Part shown: piece by piece, positions 14,421 through 25,173 of the stretch
How positions within the stretch are numbered: position 1 is the stretch's first letter
Layout: each line of letters opens with the position of its first letter
Translations under genes and position numbers: made by a program
Assembly: GCA_030390025.1 (NCBI GenBank)
Contig: CM059438.1
Location: 55,988,001-56,052,000, forward strand
DNA length: 64,000 bases
Direction: 5' to 3'
From: Squalus acanthias
Lineage: Eukaryota
The notes under the pieces: generated by a model
The model's database searches: none
The model's input: only the letters and a program-made list of their open reading frames with translations
What the model was told of the DNA's origin: nothing

Positions 14421-16003
14421 CTGAGGGTCGATAAGTCCCCTGGGCCAGATGGGATATATCCTAGGATTCTTTGGGAGGCAAGGGAGGAGATTGCAGAGCC
14501 TCTGGCTTTGATCTTTGGGTCCTCACTGTCCACGGGGATGGTGCCAGAGGACTGGAGAGTGGCGAATGTTGTTCCTCTCTTCAAGAAAGGAAATAGGAAT
14601 GACCCTGGTAATTATAGGCCGGTTAGTCTTACTTCGGTGGTTGGTAAGATAATGGAAAAGGTCCTGAGGGATAGGATTTATGACCATTTGGAAAGGGGCA
14701 ACTTAATCAGGGATAGTCAACACGGATTCGTGAAGGGTAAGTCTTGCCTAACAAATTTGATTGAATTCTTTGAGGAGGTAACTAAGTGTGTAGATGAAGG
14801 TAGAGCAGTTGATGTCGTATACATGGATTTTAGTAAGGCGTTTGATAAGGTTCCCCATGGTCGTCTCATGAAGAAAGTAAGGAGTTGTGGGATAGAGGGA
14901 AATTTGGCCGATTGGATAAGTAACTGGCTATCTCATAGAAGGCAGAGGGTGGTGGTGGATGGAACATTTTCGGACTGGAGACCAGTTACCAGCGGTGTGC
15001 CACAGGGGTCGGTGCTGGGTCCTCTGCTGTTTGTGATTTTTATCAATGACTTGGAGGAGGGGACTGAAGGGTGGATCAGTAAATTTGCTGATGACACCAA
15101 GATTGGTGGAGTAGTGGATGAGGTGGAGGGCAGTTGTAGGCTGCAAAGAGACATTGATAGGATGCAGAGCTGGGCCGAAAAATGGCAGATGGAATTTAAC
15201 CCTGATAAGTGCGAGGTGATTCATTTTGGTAGGGCAAATTTGAATAAGGATTACAGGGTCAACGGCAGGGTTCTGAGGAACATGGAGGAGCAGAGGGATC
15301 TGGGGGTTCATATCCACAGATCTCTGAAGGTTGCCACTCAAGTGGATAGAGCAGTAAAGAAGGCCTATGGTGTGTTGGCGTTTATTAACAGAGGGTTTGA
15401 GTTTAAGAACCGTGAGGTTATGCTGCAACTGTATAGGACCTTGGTGAGACCACATTTGGAATATTGTGTGCAGTTCTGGTCACCTCACTATAGGAAGGAC
15501 GTGGAAGCATTGGAAAGAGTGCAAAGGAGATTTACCAGGATGCTGCCTGGTTTGGGGGGGAGGTCTTATGAGGAAAGATTGAGGGAGTTGGGTCTTTTCT
15601 CTTTAGAGCGGAGGAGGATGAGAGGCGACTTAATAGAGGTTTATAAGATGATGAGGGGGATAGATAGAGTGGATGTTCAGAGACTATTTCCTCGGGTAGA
15701 GGCAGCTGTTACAAGGGGGCATAACTATAAGGTGCATGGGGGGAGATATAGAAGGGATGTCCGAGGTAGATTCTTTACTCAGAGAGTGGTTGGGGTGTGG
15801 AATGGACTGCCTGCTGTGATAGTGGAGTCGGACACTTTAGGAACTTTCAAGCGGTTATTGGATAAGCACATGGAGCACACCAGAGTGATAGGGAGTGTGA
15901 TAGCTTGATCTTGGTCTCGGACAATGCTCGGCACAACATCGAGGGCCGAAGGGCCTGTACTGTGCTGTACTGTTCTATGTTCTATGTTCTATGTTCTATG
16001 TTC
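14421..16003 (+). mobile_element. 5'-truncated CR1 LINE with an uninterrupted RT/C-terminal ORF2 frame (to 15908) and a (TTCTATG)n tail
   Basis: Motifs [52 protein letters not shown]. 3' microsatellite tail typical of CR1. Confidence 0.95.
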
Positions 16004-16171
16004 ACCCCCGATCATTAATATCTTGGGGAAGTGACATCTTGTGTCAGCACAGTCTGAAGGTTCTTGTGAATTATGTTCTTGTACGAAGCCTGAACAGCTT
16101 TATGACCAATTGGTTACTCCGCCATTTTAACCCAGGCTTTAACCCATTGATTAATGTCCCCCTAAGATACA

Positions 16172-16885
16172 TGGTACATCAGTCACTGAAGGTGGGAAGG
16201 CAAGTGCAGCAGGCAGTCAAGAAAGCAAATGGCATGATGGCCTTCATAGCAAGGGGATTTGAGTACAGGAGTAGGTTGGTGATGCTACAGTTGTACAGGG
16301 CCTTGGTGAGGCCACACCTGGAGTATTGTGTGCAGTTTTGGTGTCCTAACTTGAGGAAGGACATTCTTGCTATTAAGGGAGTGCAACGAAGGTTCACTAG
16401 ATTGATTCCTGGGATGGCCAGACTGACATATCAAGAGAGACTGGATCAACTGAACTTGTATCCTCTGGAGTTCAGAAGAATGAGGGGGGATCTTATAGAG
16501 ACGTTTAAAATCCTGACTGGTTTAGACAAATTAGATGCGGGCAGAATGTTTCCAATGTTAGGGAAAACTAAAACCAGGGGTCACAGTCTAAGGATAAAGG
16601 GGAAGCCATTTAAGACTGAGATGAGGAGGAACTTCTTCACCCAGAGAGTGGTGAATCTGTGGAATTCTCTACCACAGAAGGTTGTTGAGGCCAGTTCGCT
16701 AAATATATTCAAAAGGGAGTTAGATATAATACTCACAACTAGGGGGATCAAGGGGTATGGCGAGAAAGCAGGAATGGGGTACTGAGGTAGCATGTTCAGC
16801 CATGAACGCATTAAATGGCAGTGCAGGCTCGAAGGACCGAATGGTCTACTCCTGCACCTATTTTCTATGTTTCTATGTTTCTATG
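16172..16885 (+). mobile_element. Short 5'-truncated CR1 LINE (ORF2 C-terminus + 3' UTR, (TTTCTATG)n tail)
   Basis: LYRALVRPHLEYCVQFW...RGDLIETFKI...FFTQRVVNLWNSLP; tail at ~16861-16885. Confidence 0.93.
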
Positions 16886-17146
16886 ATACGGGTTAGTTTG
16901 CTCATCTCCCTGCAGTCCCTGCTCTCATCCACACAGGGAGCAAGTACCTTGTACCTGTTGGACAAGTGCAAGGACTGAGCCTCCTCCAACGCTACCTCCT
17001 GGGTCCCCATACCTGCCTCACTCGTAGTCACACCCTCCTGTCCCTGACCACGCACCAAATCTGAAGTATTTAACCTAAGGGGTGTGACTGCCTCCTGTAA
17101 CAAAGTGTCCAGGTAACTCTCCCCCTCCCTGATGTATCGCAGTGTT
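16886..17146 (-). mobile_element. Inverted CR1 ORF1 fragment
   Basis: Minus strand reads TLRYIREGESYLDTLLQEAVTP...LHLSNRYKVL, resembling the LSNRY/F motif region of vertebrate CR1 ORF1 (recognised from memory). Confidence 0.65.
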
Positions 17147-17294
17147 CAGAGGGGAAGTGAAAAAGGAAATAAGAGGGGTAAAGAGGGAATATGAGAATAG
17201 ACTGGCAGCTAACATTTAGGGAACAGTGATCATAGTATCATAAAAGTGAGAAGTCGCACAACACCAGGTTATAGGCCAACAGTTTTATTTGAAA

Positions 17295-17332
17295 TCACAA
17301 GCTTTCAGAGCGGCTGCTCCTTCGTCAGGTGA
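17295..17332 (-). ncRNA. Minimal type I hammerhead ribozyme motif (inverted copy; one stem II pair is G.U)
   Basis: Reverse complement of the 17442-17479 motif, with GCTCT in place of GCTCC. Confidence 0.72.
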
Positions 17333-17441
17333 AGTAAAGGAATACAAATCGACAAAGCATATATAAATAGAGAACAATGCCTGTGTAACGCATGCATTGT
17401 TCTCTATCTATATATGCTTTGTCGATTTGTATTCCTTTACT

Positions 17442-17479
17442 TCACCTGACGAAGGAGCAGCCGCTCCGAAAGCTTGTGA
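17442..17479 (+). ncRNA. Minimal type I hammerhead ribozyme motif
   Basis: TCAC-CTGACGA-A-GGAGC-AGCC-GCTCC-GAAA-GC-TT-GTGA: helix I TCAC/GTGA, conserved core, 5-bp stem II, palindromic AAGCTT in place of helix III. Confidence 0.8.
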
Positions 17480-20182
17480 TTTCAAATAAAACTGTTGGAC
17501 TAAACCTGGTGTTGTGCGACTTCTCACTTTTGTCCACCCCAGTCCAACACCGGCATCTCCGCATCATAGTATCATAAGGTTTAGATTAGCTATGGAAAAG
17601 GACAGGGAACAATCTAGAGTCAAAATACTTAATTGGTGGAGGGTCAATTTCAGTGGGTTGAGAACAGATCTGGCCCGGGTAAATTGGAATCAAAGATTGG
17701 CAGGCAAAACTGTAATGGAACAATGGGCTTCCTTTAAAGAGGAGATGGTTCGGGTACAATCGAGGTACATTCCCATGAGGGGGAAAGTTAGGGCAACTAA
17801 AGCCAGAGCTCCCTGGATGATGAAAGAGATGGAGAGTAAGATGAAGCAGAAAAAAGGGGCGTATGACAGATGTCAGGTTGAGAATTCAAGTGAGAACCAG
17901 GCTAAATACAGAAAGTTCAGAGGGGAAGTGAAAAAGGAAATAAGAGGGGTAAAGAGGGAGTATGAGAATAGACTGGAATCCAAAAGTCTTCTATAGGCAT
18001 ATAAATAGTAAATGGGTAGTAAGAGGAGGGGTGGGGCTGATTAGGGACCCAAATGGAGACCTACACATGGAGGCAGAGGGCATGGCTAAGGTACTAAACG
18101 AGTACTTTGCATCTGTCTTTACCAAGGAAGAAGATGTTGCTAAAATCATAGTGAAAGGGGAGGTAGTTGAGATACTGGATGGGATAAAAATTGATAAAGA
18201 GGAGGTACAAGAAAGGTTGGCTGTACTTAAAGTAGATAAGTCACCAGGACCGGATGGGATGCATCCTCGGATGCTGAGGGAAGTAAAGGAGGAAATTGCG
18301 GAGGCACTGGCCATGATCTTCCAATCCTCCTTAGATACTGGGGTGGTGCCAGAGGACTGGAGAATTGCAAATGTTACACCCTTGTTCAAAAAAGGGTGTA
18401 AGGATAAACCCAGCAACTACAGGCCAGTCAGTTTAACCTCGGTGGTGGGGAAGCTTTTAGAAACGATAATCAGGAACAAAATTAACAGTCGCTTGGACAA
18501 GTGGATTAATTAAGGGAAGCCAGCACGGATTTGTTAAAGACAAATCGTGTTTAACTAACTTGATTGAGTTTTTTGATGAGGTAACAGAAAGGGTTGATGC
18601 GGGTAATGGGGTTGACGTGGTGTACATGGATTTCCAAAAGACGTTTGATAAAGTGCCACATAATAGGCTTGCCAGCAAAGTTGAAGCCCATGGAATAAAA
18701 GGGACAGTGGCCGCATGGATACGAAATTGGCTAAGTGACAGGAAACAGAGAGTAGTGGTGAACGGTTGTTCTTCGGACTGGAGAAAGGTATACAGTGGTG
18801 TTCCCCAGGGGTCGGTTCTTGATATATATTAATGACTTGGACTTGGGTATACAGGCCACAATTTCAAAATTTGCAGATGACACAAAACTTGGAAATATAG
18901 TGAACAGTGAGGAGGATAGTGATAGACTTCAAGAAGACATAGACCGGCTGGTGAAATGGGCAGACACGTGGCAGATGAAGTTTAACACAGAAAAGTACGA
19001 AGTGATACATTTTGGTAGGAAGAACGAGGAGAGGCAATATAAACTAAAGGGTACAATCCTAAAGGGAGTGCATGAACAGCGAGACCTGGGGGTATATGTG
19101 CACAAATCATTGAAGGCGGCAGGACAGGTTGAGAAAGCAGTTAAAAAAGCATACAGGATCCTGGGCTTCATAAATAGAGGCATAGAGTACAAAAGCAAGG
19201 AAGTTATGATGAACATTTATAAAACACTGGTTCGGCCTCAACTGGAGTATTGTGTCCAATTCTGGGCACCGCACTTTAGGAAGGATGTGAAGGCCTTAGA
19301 GAGGGTGCAGAAAAGATTTACGAGAATGATTCCAGGGATGAGGGACTTCAGTTACGTGGATAGACTGGAGAAGCTGGGGTTGTTCTCCTGGGAGCAGAGA
19401 AGATTGAGAGGAGATTTGATAGAGGTGTTCAAAATCATGAGGGGTCTGGACAGAGCAGATAGAGAGAAACTGTTCCCATTGGCGGAAGGGTCGAGAATCA
19501 GAGGACACAGATTTAAGGTGATTGGCAGAAGAACCAAAGGCGACATGAGGAAAAACTTTTTTAGGCAGCGAGTGGTTATGATCTGGAATTCACTGCCTGA
19601 AAGGGTGGTGGAGGCAGATTCAATCGTGGCTTTCAAAGGGAGTTGGAAGTACCTGAAAGAAAAAAAATGTGCAGGGCTACGGGGAAAGGGCGGGGCAGTG
19701 AGACTAGCTGAAGTGCTCTTGGAGAGAGCCGGCACGGGCTCGACGGGCCAAATGGCCTCCTTCTGTGCTGTAACCATTCTATGATTCCGTGATTCTATTA
19801 TTCTACGTGTTAACTCTTCGTGTGACCACACCACTCACAAGTATCTGCAGGGCTCCTCTTTGACTTTATGTGAAGCACTTTGAACAAAAAGTCCAGTTTC
19901 TTTCCTCTTTGTGGATCACTGCAATAATTCCAAATCTACTTATCAGTGAAGATGTGAATCATGAACAAAAGTGCGCGACCCCCGGGGAGCCTTGACCTCC
20001 GATTGCATCACAGGAGGGCTGCCCTCGGTTTTTTTCCACCAACTTGAATGCTTTACACTCCAGGGTGATGCCTTTACCCACAAGACCCATCAGGGAATGT
20101 AAGAGACCCCATCCCCAACTACTGAGCCAGGCTCCCTCTGAGCAGCTCATGGACATTGCTCTCCTCCACCACAGCCTCTTAC

Positions 20183-20344
20183 CTCCTTCATCCGGTTCAC
20201 CTTCAGGGCTCTCTCTGCAATCCACGCCTGTTTCTGGAGCTGCTTGTTCTGGTCTTGGAGCTGCCCAATCGTTTCGATCAGCTGGCAGATGTGCCCCAGA
20301 TATCCCAGGCCTGACCCCTGATCACCCATCTTATCTTGGTTTAC
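20183..20344 (-). CDS. Candidate 162-bp phase 0-0 exon, C8orf58/DUF4657-like helical motif (possibly part of a pseudogene)
   Basis: ccttgccttcag|GTA...GAG|gtaaga. Open frame VNQDKMGDQGSGLGYLGHICQLIETIGQLQDQNKQLQKQAWIAERALKVNRMKE. Resembles the G-GL-YLEH-C---E----LQ motif recalled from C8orf58; not verified by search. Confidence 0.55.
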
Positions 20345-20452
20345 CTGAAGGCAAGGTTATTGGTTAATATTACAAAACAGCGCAAATCACCATCAGCAAA
20401 TTGCAGTGATCAGCAAAGTGTGTTTTCTTATTCTGATTCTGGAAAAAATGAT

Positions 20453-21557
20453 ACCCGGACCCCAGGGCTGTGGGAGTGACCCTGACCCTGGGGCTGTGGG
20501 AGTGACCCTGACCCCTGACCCCAGGGTTGTGGGAGTGACCCGGACCCCGGAGCTATGGGAGTGACCCTGACCCTGACCCCAGGGCTATGGGAGTGACCCT
20601 GACCCCTGACCCCAGGGCTGTGGGAGTGACCCTGACCCCTGACCCTGGGGTTGTGGGAGTGACCCTGGGGCTGAGGGAGTGACCCTGACCCTGACCACGG
20701 GGCTGTGGGAGCAACCCTGACCCTGGGGCTGTGGGAGTGACCCTGACCCCTGACCCTGGGGTTGTGGAAGTGACCCTGGGGCTGTGGGAGTGACCCTGAC
20801 CCTGGGGCTGTGGGAGTGACCCTGACCCCTGACCCCGGGGCTGTGGGAGTGACCTTGTCCCTGACCCCGGGGCTATGGGAGTGACCCGGACTCCTGACCC
20901 CAGGGCTGTGGGAGTGACCCTGACCCCTGACCCCAGGGCTGTGGGAGCAATCCTGACCCCTGACACCGGGGCTCTGGGAGTGACCCTGACCCCTGACCCC
21001 GGGGCTGTGGGAGCGATCTTGACCCCTGACACCGAGGCTGTGGGAGTGATCTTGACCCCTGACCCTGGGTCTGTGGGAGTGCCCCTGACCTTGACCCTGG
21101 GGCCGTGGGAGTGACCCTGACCCTGACTCCGGGGCTGTGGGCGTGCCCCTGACCCTGACCCTGGGGGTGTGGGAGTGACCATGACCCTGGGGCTGTGGGA
21201 GTGACCCTGACCCTGACCCTGGGGCTGTGGGAGTGACTTGACCCTGACCCCGGGGCTGTGGAAGTGACCCTGACCCCGGGGCTGTGGGAGTGACCCTGAC
21301 CCCTGACCCCAGGGCTGTGGGAGTGACCCTGACCCTGGGGCTGGATGAGTGACCCTGACCCCTGACCCCAGGGCTGTTTGAGTGACCATGACCCCTGACC
21401 CCAGGGCTGTGGGAGTGACCCTGACCCCAGGGTTCTGTAAGTGACCCTGACCCCGGGGTTCTGGGAGTGACCCTGACCCCAGGGCTGTGGGAGTGACCCT
21501 GACCCCAGGGTTCTGGAAGTGACCCTGATCCCGGGGTTCTGGGAGTGACCCTGATCC
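20453..21557. repeat. GC-rich minisatellite (GACCCTGACCCCTGACCCCAGGGCTGTGGGAGT-like, ~20-33 bp variable unit)
   Basis: Tandem units read directly. The ORFs here are repeat translations. Confidence 0.95.
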
Positions 21558-21617
21558 TGTCTGCTCCTCAATTTCTGACTACATTTTAGCCGATGTGTCT
21601 AACTCATGCGGTACCAG

Positions 21618-21946
21618 CCCTTGGAATGTTTGATTGGACAGTGTAGAAGGAGATGTTCGCTGTATCTAACCTGTGTTGTACTTGCCCTGGGAGTTTTTAA
21701 TGGGGCTTTACTCTGTATCTAATGCATGTTGTACCTGAACTGGAAGCATTTGATGGGACAGTGTAGAGGGAGCTTTACTCTGTGTCTAACCTGTGCTGTA
21801 CCTGCCCTGGGAGTGTTTGATGGGACAGTGTAGAGGGAGCTTTACTCTGTATCTAACCCGTGCTGTACCTGCCCTGGGAGTGTTTGATGGGACAGTGTAG
21901 AGGGAGCTTTACTCTGTATCTAATCCGTGCTGTTCCTGCCCTGGGA
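21618..21946 (+). repeat. Short array of the 67-bp satellite (CCCTGGGAGTGTTTGATGGGACAGTGTAGAGGGAGCTTTACTCTGTATCTAACCCGTGCTGTACCTG)
   Basis: About 5 units, degenerate at the left end. Reverse complement of the array at 29786-35348. Confidence 0.92.
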
Positions 21947-24833
21947 GGAAAAGTGGTCCAACTGTGGCTAACAAGAGAAGTTAAAGATAGTATTAGATCA
22001 AAGGAAGAGGCTTATAATGTTGCCAAAAAGAGTAGTAAGCCTGAGAATTGGGAGGATTTTAGAATTCAGCAAAGGAGGACCAAGAAATTGATAAAGAAAG
22101 GGAAAATAGAATATGAGAGTAAACTAGCGAGAGATATAAAAACAGACTGTAAAAGCTCCTATAGGTATATAAAAAGGAAAAGATTAGCGAAAGTAAATGT
22201 GGGTCCCTTACAGGCTGAGACAGGAGAAATTATAATGGGGAATAAGGAAAAGGCAGAGAAACTAAACAAATACTTTGGGCAGAATTTTTATTGACCCGTG
22301 GAGGCGGGTTTGGAGGCGTGTGGGGTGGGATAATAGCAGATTTGGGGGTCCCGAACCCATCCCGCCCCCAACCCGCCTCCATGCCAGTTTCACAGGAGGC
22401 GGGTACCTGACCTGTGCTGGGATCCGCCTCCCCGAGGCGGGAAGGGGATTAGTGCCAATAAACTGCCTGTTAACAGGTAGTTAACAGGCAGTTTTTTGCC
22501 TAATCCCTATTTTTAGCCCTGCAGTGTGGGCTTCCCGACAGGTCTGAACCACGCCGATTTAGCGAGGCGGACCGTCGGTCTGGAGGGCTTGGAAGGGTCG
22601 AGATGTCCGGTGTGCAGGTGAGTGATGGGTGCATGAGTGCAGAGGTAAGTGTGTTTGGTGTGTAAAGTGTTTTAAGAACTTGTACTTACCTTAACTTTGT
22701 CCTGCAGGCTAAGGTGGCGAGAGTCGCTCACATCCACGGCACAGAAAGCAGAATGGCCGCGGAGCTGTCAAAAGCTGCAGTCTCTGCTTTCTGTGCTGGA
22801 TTGATTTCTAACTGAGTCTAAGTACAGGGACTCACGTTAGAAATCATATTGTCAGTGATTGACAGCTTCACAGAGCTGTCAAACGCTGAAATTTCATCTG
22901 TCAAAAGCTCTTGACAGATGAAATTTCAATGGCTGACGTCACCTGTATCCAAGGGACCCTTGATTGCCCTGCTAAGCCCGCTCGGCGGGCTTAACAAGGT
23001 CAATCAAGGGAAAATACAGTGGGTTGGCCACAAGTCGATGGAGGCGGGACTACAACCCAAAAAGTGGGAGTCCCGCCTCCATCACGTCCCCATTGACAAA
23101 ACCAGCCCTTTGTGTCTGTCTTCACGGAAGAAAACACAAAAATCTTCCCGGAAATAGTGGCGAACCAAGGGTCTAGCGAGAATGAGGAACTGAAAGAAAT
23201 TAGTATTAGTAAAAAAATAATACTGGAGAAATTAATGGGACCGAATGTCGATAAATCCCCTGGACCTGATGGCCTACATCCTCGAGTTTTGAAAGAGGTG
23301 CCTAAAGAGATAATGGATGCATTGGTTGTCATTTTCAAAATTTTCATAGATTCTAGAACGGTTCCTGTGGATTGGAAGGTAGCAAATGTAACCCCGCTAT
23401 TTAAGAAAGGAGGGAGAGAGAAAATGAGGAACTACAGACCAGTTAGCCTGACATCAGTAGTAGGGAAAATGCTGGAATCTATTATTAAGGACATGGTAAC
23501 AGGGCACTTAGAAAATAATAATAGGATTGGGCAGAGTCAACACAGATTTATGAAAGTGAAATCATGTTTGACGAATCTGTTGGAGTTTTTTGAGATTGTA
23601 ACTAGCAGGATAGATAAGGGGGAACCAGTGGATGTGGTGTATTTGGATTTTCAGAAGGCATTTGATAAGGTGCCACACAAGAGGTTATTAAACAAAATTA
23701 GGGCTTATGGGATTGGGGGTAATATACTAGCATGGATTGAGGATTGGTTAACAGACAGAAAACAGAGAGTAGGAATAAACGGGTCATTTTCGGGTTGGCA
23801 GGCTTTAACTAGTGGGGTACCAAAAGGATCAGTGCTCGGGCCTCAGCTATTCACAATCTACATCAATGATTTGGATGAGGGGACCAAATGTAATATATCC
23901 AAGTTTGCTGATGATACAAAGCTGGGTGGGAATGTAAGTTGTGAGGAGGATGCAAGGAGGCTTCAAGGGGATAGAGACAGGCTAAGTGAATGGGCAAGAA
24001 CATGGCAAATGGAATATAATGTGGAGAAATGTGAAGTTATCCACTTTGGTAGGAAAAATAGAAAAGCAGAGTATTTTTTAAATGGTGAGAGATTGGGAAA
24101 TGTTGGTGTTAAGTGGGACCTGGGTGTCCTTGTACACGAATCACTGAAAGTTAACATGCAGGTACAGCAAGCAATTAGGAAAGCAAATGGTATGTTGGCC
24201 TTTATTACAAGAGGATTTGAGTATAAGAGTAAAGACATCTTACTGCAATTATATAGGGCCCTGGTGAGACCACACCTGAAGTATTGTGGACAGTTTTGGT
24301 CTCCTTACCTAAGCCAGGATATACTTGCCATAGAGGGAGTGCAACCAGACTGGTTCCTGGGATGGGGGATTGTCCTATGAGGAGAGATTGAGTAGACTAG
24401 GCCTATATTCTCTAGAGTTTAGAAGAATGAGAGGTGATCTCATTGAAACATACAAAATTCTTACAGGGCTTGACAGGGTAGATGCAGGGAGGATGTTTCC
24501 CCTGGCTGGAGAATCTAGAACCAGGGGTCACAGTCTCAGAATAAGGGGTCGGCCATTTAGGACTGAGATGAGGAGGAATTTCTTCACTCAGAGGGTGGTG
24601 AATCTTTAGAATCTCTACCCCAGAGGGCTGTGGAGGTTCAGTCATTGAGTATATTCAAGACAGAGATCGATAGATTTTTGAATATTAAGGGAATCAAGGG
24701 ATATGGGGATAGTTCAGGAAAGTGGAGTTGAGGTAGAAGATCAGCCATGATCTTATTGAATGGCGGAGCAGGCTCAAAAGGCCAAATGGTCTACTCCTGC
24801 TCCTATTTCTTATGTTCCTACGTTCTTATGTTC
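21947..24833 (+). mobile_element. 5'-truncated CR1 LINE, split by a Harbinger MITE, frameshifted near the C-terminus
   Basis: ORF2 motifs in ORFs 21860-22294, 23112-24380 and 24370-24609. Removing the MITE restores NKYFVSVFT. TTCTTATG tail. Confidence 0.94.
22277..23108 (-). mobile_element. Harbinger-type MITE (832 bp), related to the 11295-13043 element, in opposite orientation
   Basis: Exact 3-bp TSD TTT (22274-22276 / 23109-23111). Termini GGGCAGAATTTT...AAAACCAGCCC. Subterminal GGAGGCGGGTTTGGAGG is shared with the larger element. Confidence 0.85.
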
Positions 24834-24937
24834 AATTAAACGGATGGTGTCGAGCTTCTTGAGTGTTGTTGGAGCTGCACTCATCCAGCCAAGTCGAGAG
24901 TATTCCATCACACTCCTGACTTGTGCCTTGTAGATAG

Positions 24938-25009
24938 AATGGTTACAGCACGGAAGAGGCCATTCGGCCTGTTGAGCCTGTGCCGACTCTCAGCTAGTCC
25001 CACTCCCCT
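24938..25009 (-). mobile_element. ~72-bp CR1 3'-end-only insertion
   Basis: Resembles the reverse complement of the 3' UTR of the CR1 ending near 19780. Flanked by GATAG direct repeats (24933-24937, 25010-25014). Confidence 0.7.
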
Positions 25010-25173
25010 GATAGTGGAAAGGCTTTTGGGAGTCAGGAGTTGAGTCACTTGCCACAGAATACCTAGCCTCTGACCTGCTCTTGTAGCCACAGTATTTATG
25101 TGGCTGGTCCAGTTAAGTTTATGGTCAATGGTGACCCCCAAGATGTTGATGGTGGGGGAGTCGATGATGGTAA

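Larger units (their letters stand above)
17242..17565. mobile_element. Short Penelope-like fold-back element (inverted pLTR arms 17242-17380 / 17394-17531 plus ~34-nt 3' extension)
   Basis: Near-perfect ~139-bp inverted repeat. TSD ATCATAGTATCATAA at 17229-17243 and 17563-17577 (partly overlapping the element ends). Hammerhead core in each arm. Confidence 0.85.
17144..19805 (+). mobile_element. Degenerate CR1 LINE ORF2 (end of APE to 3' UTR), frameshifted, interrupted by a Penelope-type element
   Basis: HLGNSDHSIIRF (APE SDH motif) reads across the insertion. RT motifs are split over ORFs 17514-17996, 17962-18513, 18560-18832 and 18795-19784. ATTCTATG-like tail. Confidence 0.93.

Noticed and set aside
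14928..15455. Antisense ORFs within the CR1 copies
   Set aside because: They are shadow frames opposite RT coding sequence with no independent support.
17242..17531. Long hairpin as a miRNA gene or a classical DNA MITE
   Set aside because: The asymmetric 3' tail, 13-15 bp TSDs of differing length and hammerhead cores fit a Penelope-type origin better.
20553..21571. Mucin- or collagen-like ORFs
   Set aside because: They are minisatellite translations, open in multiple frames.
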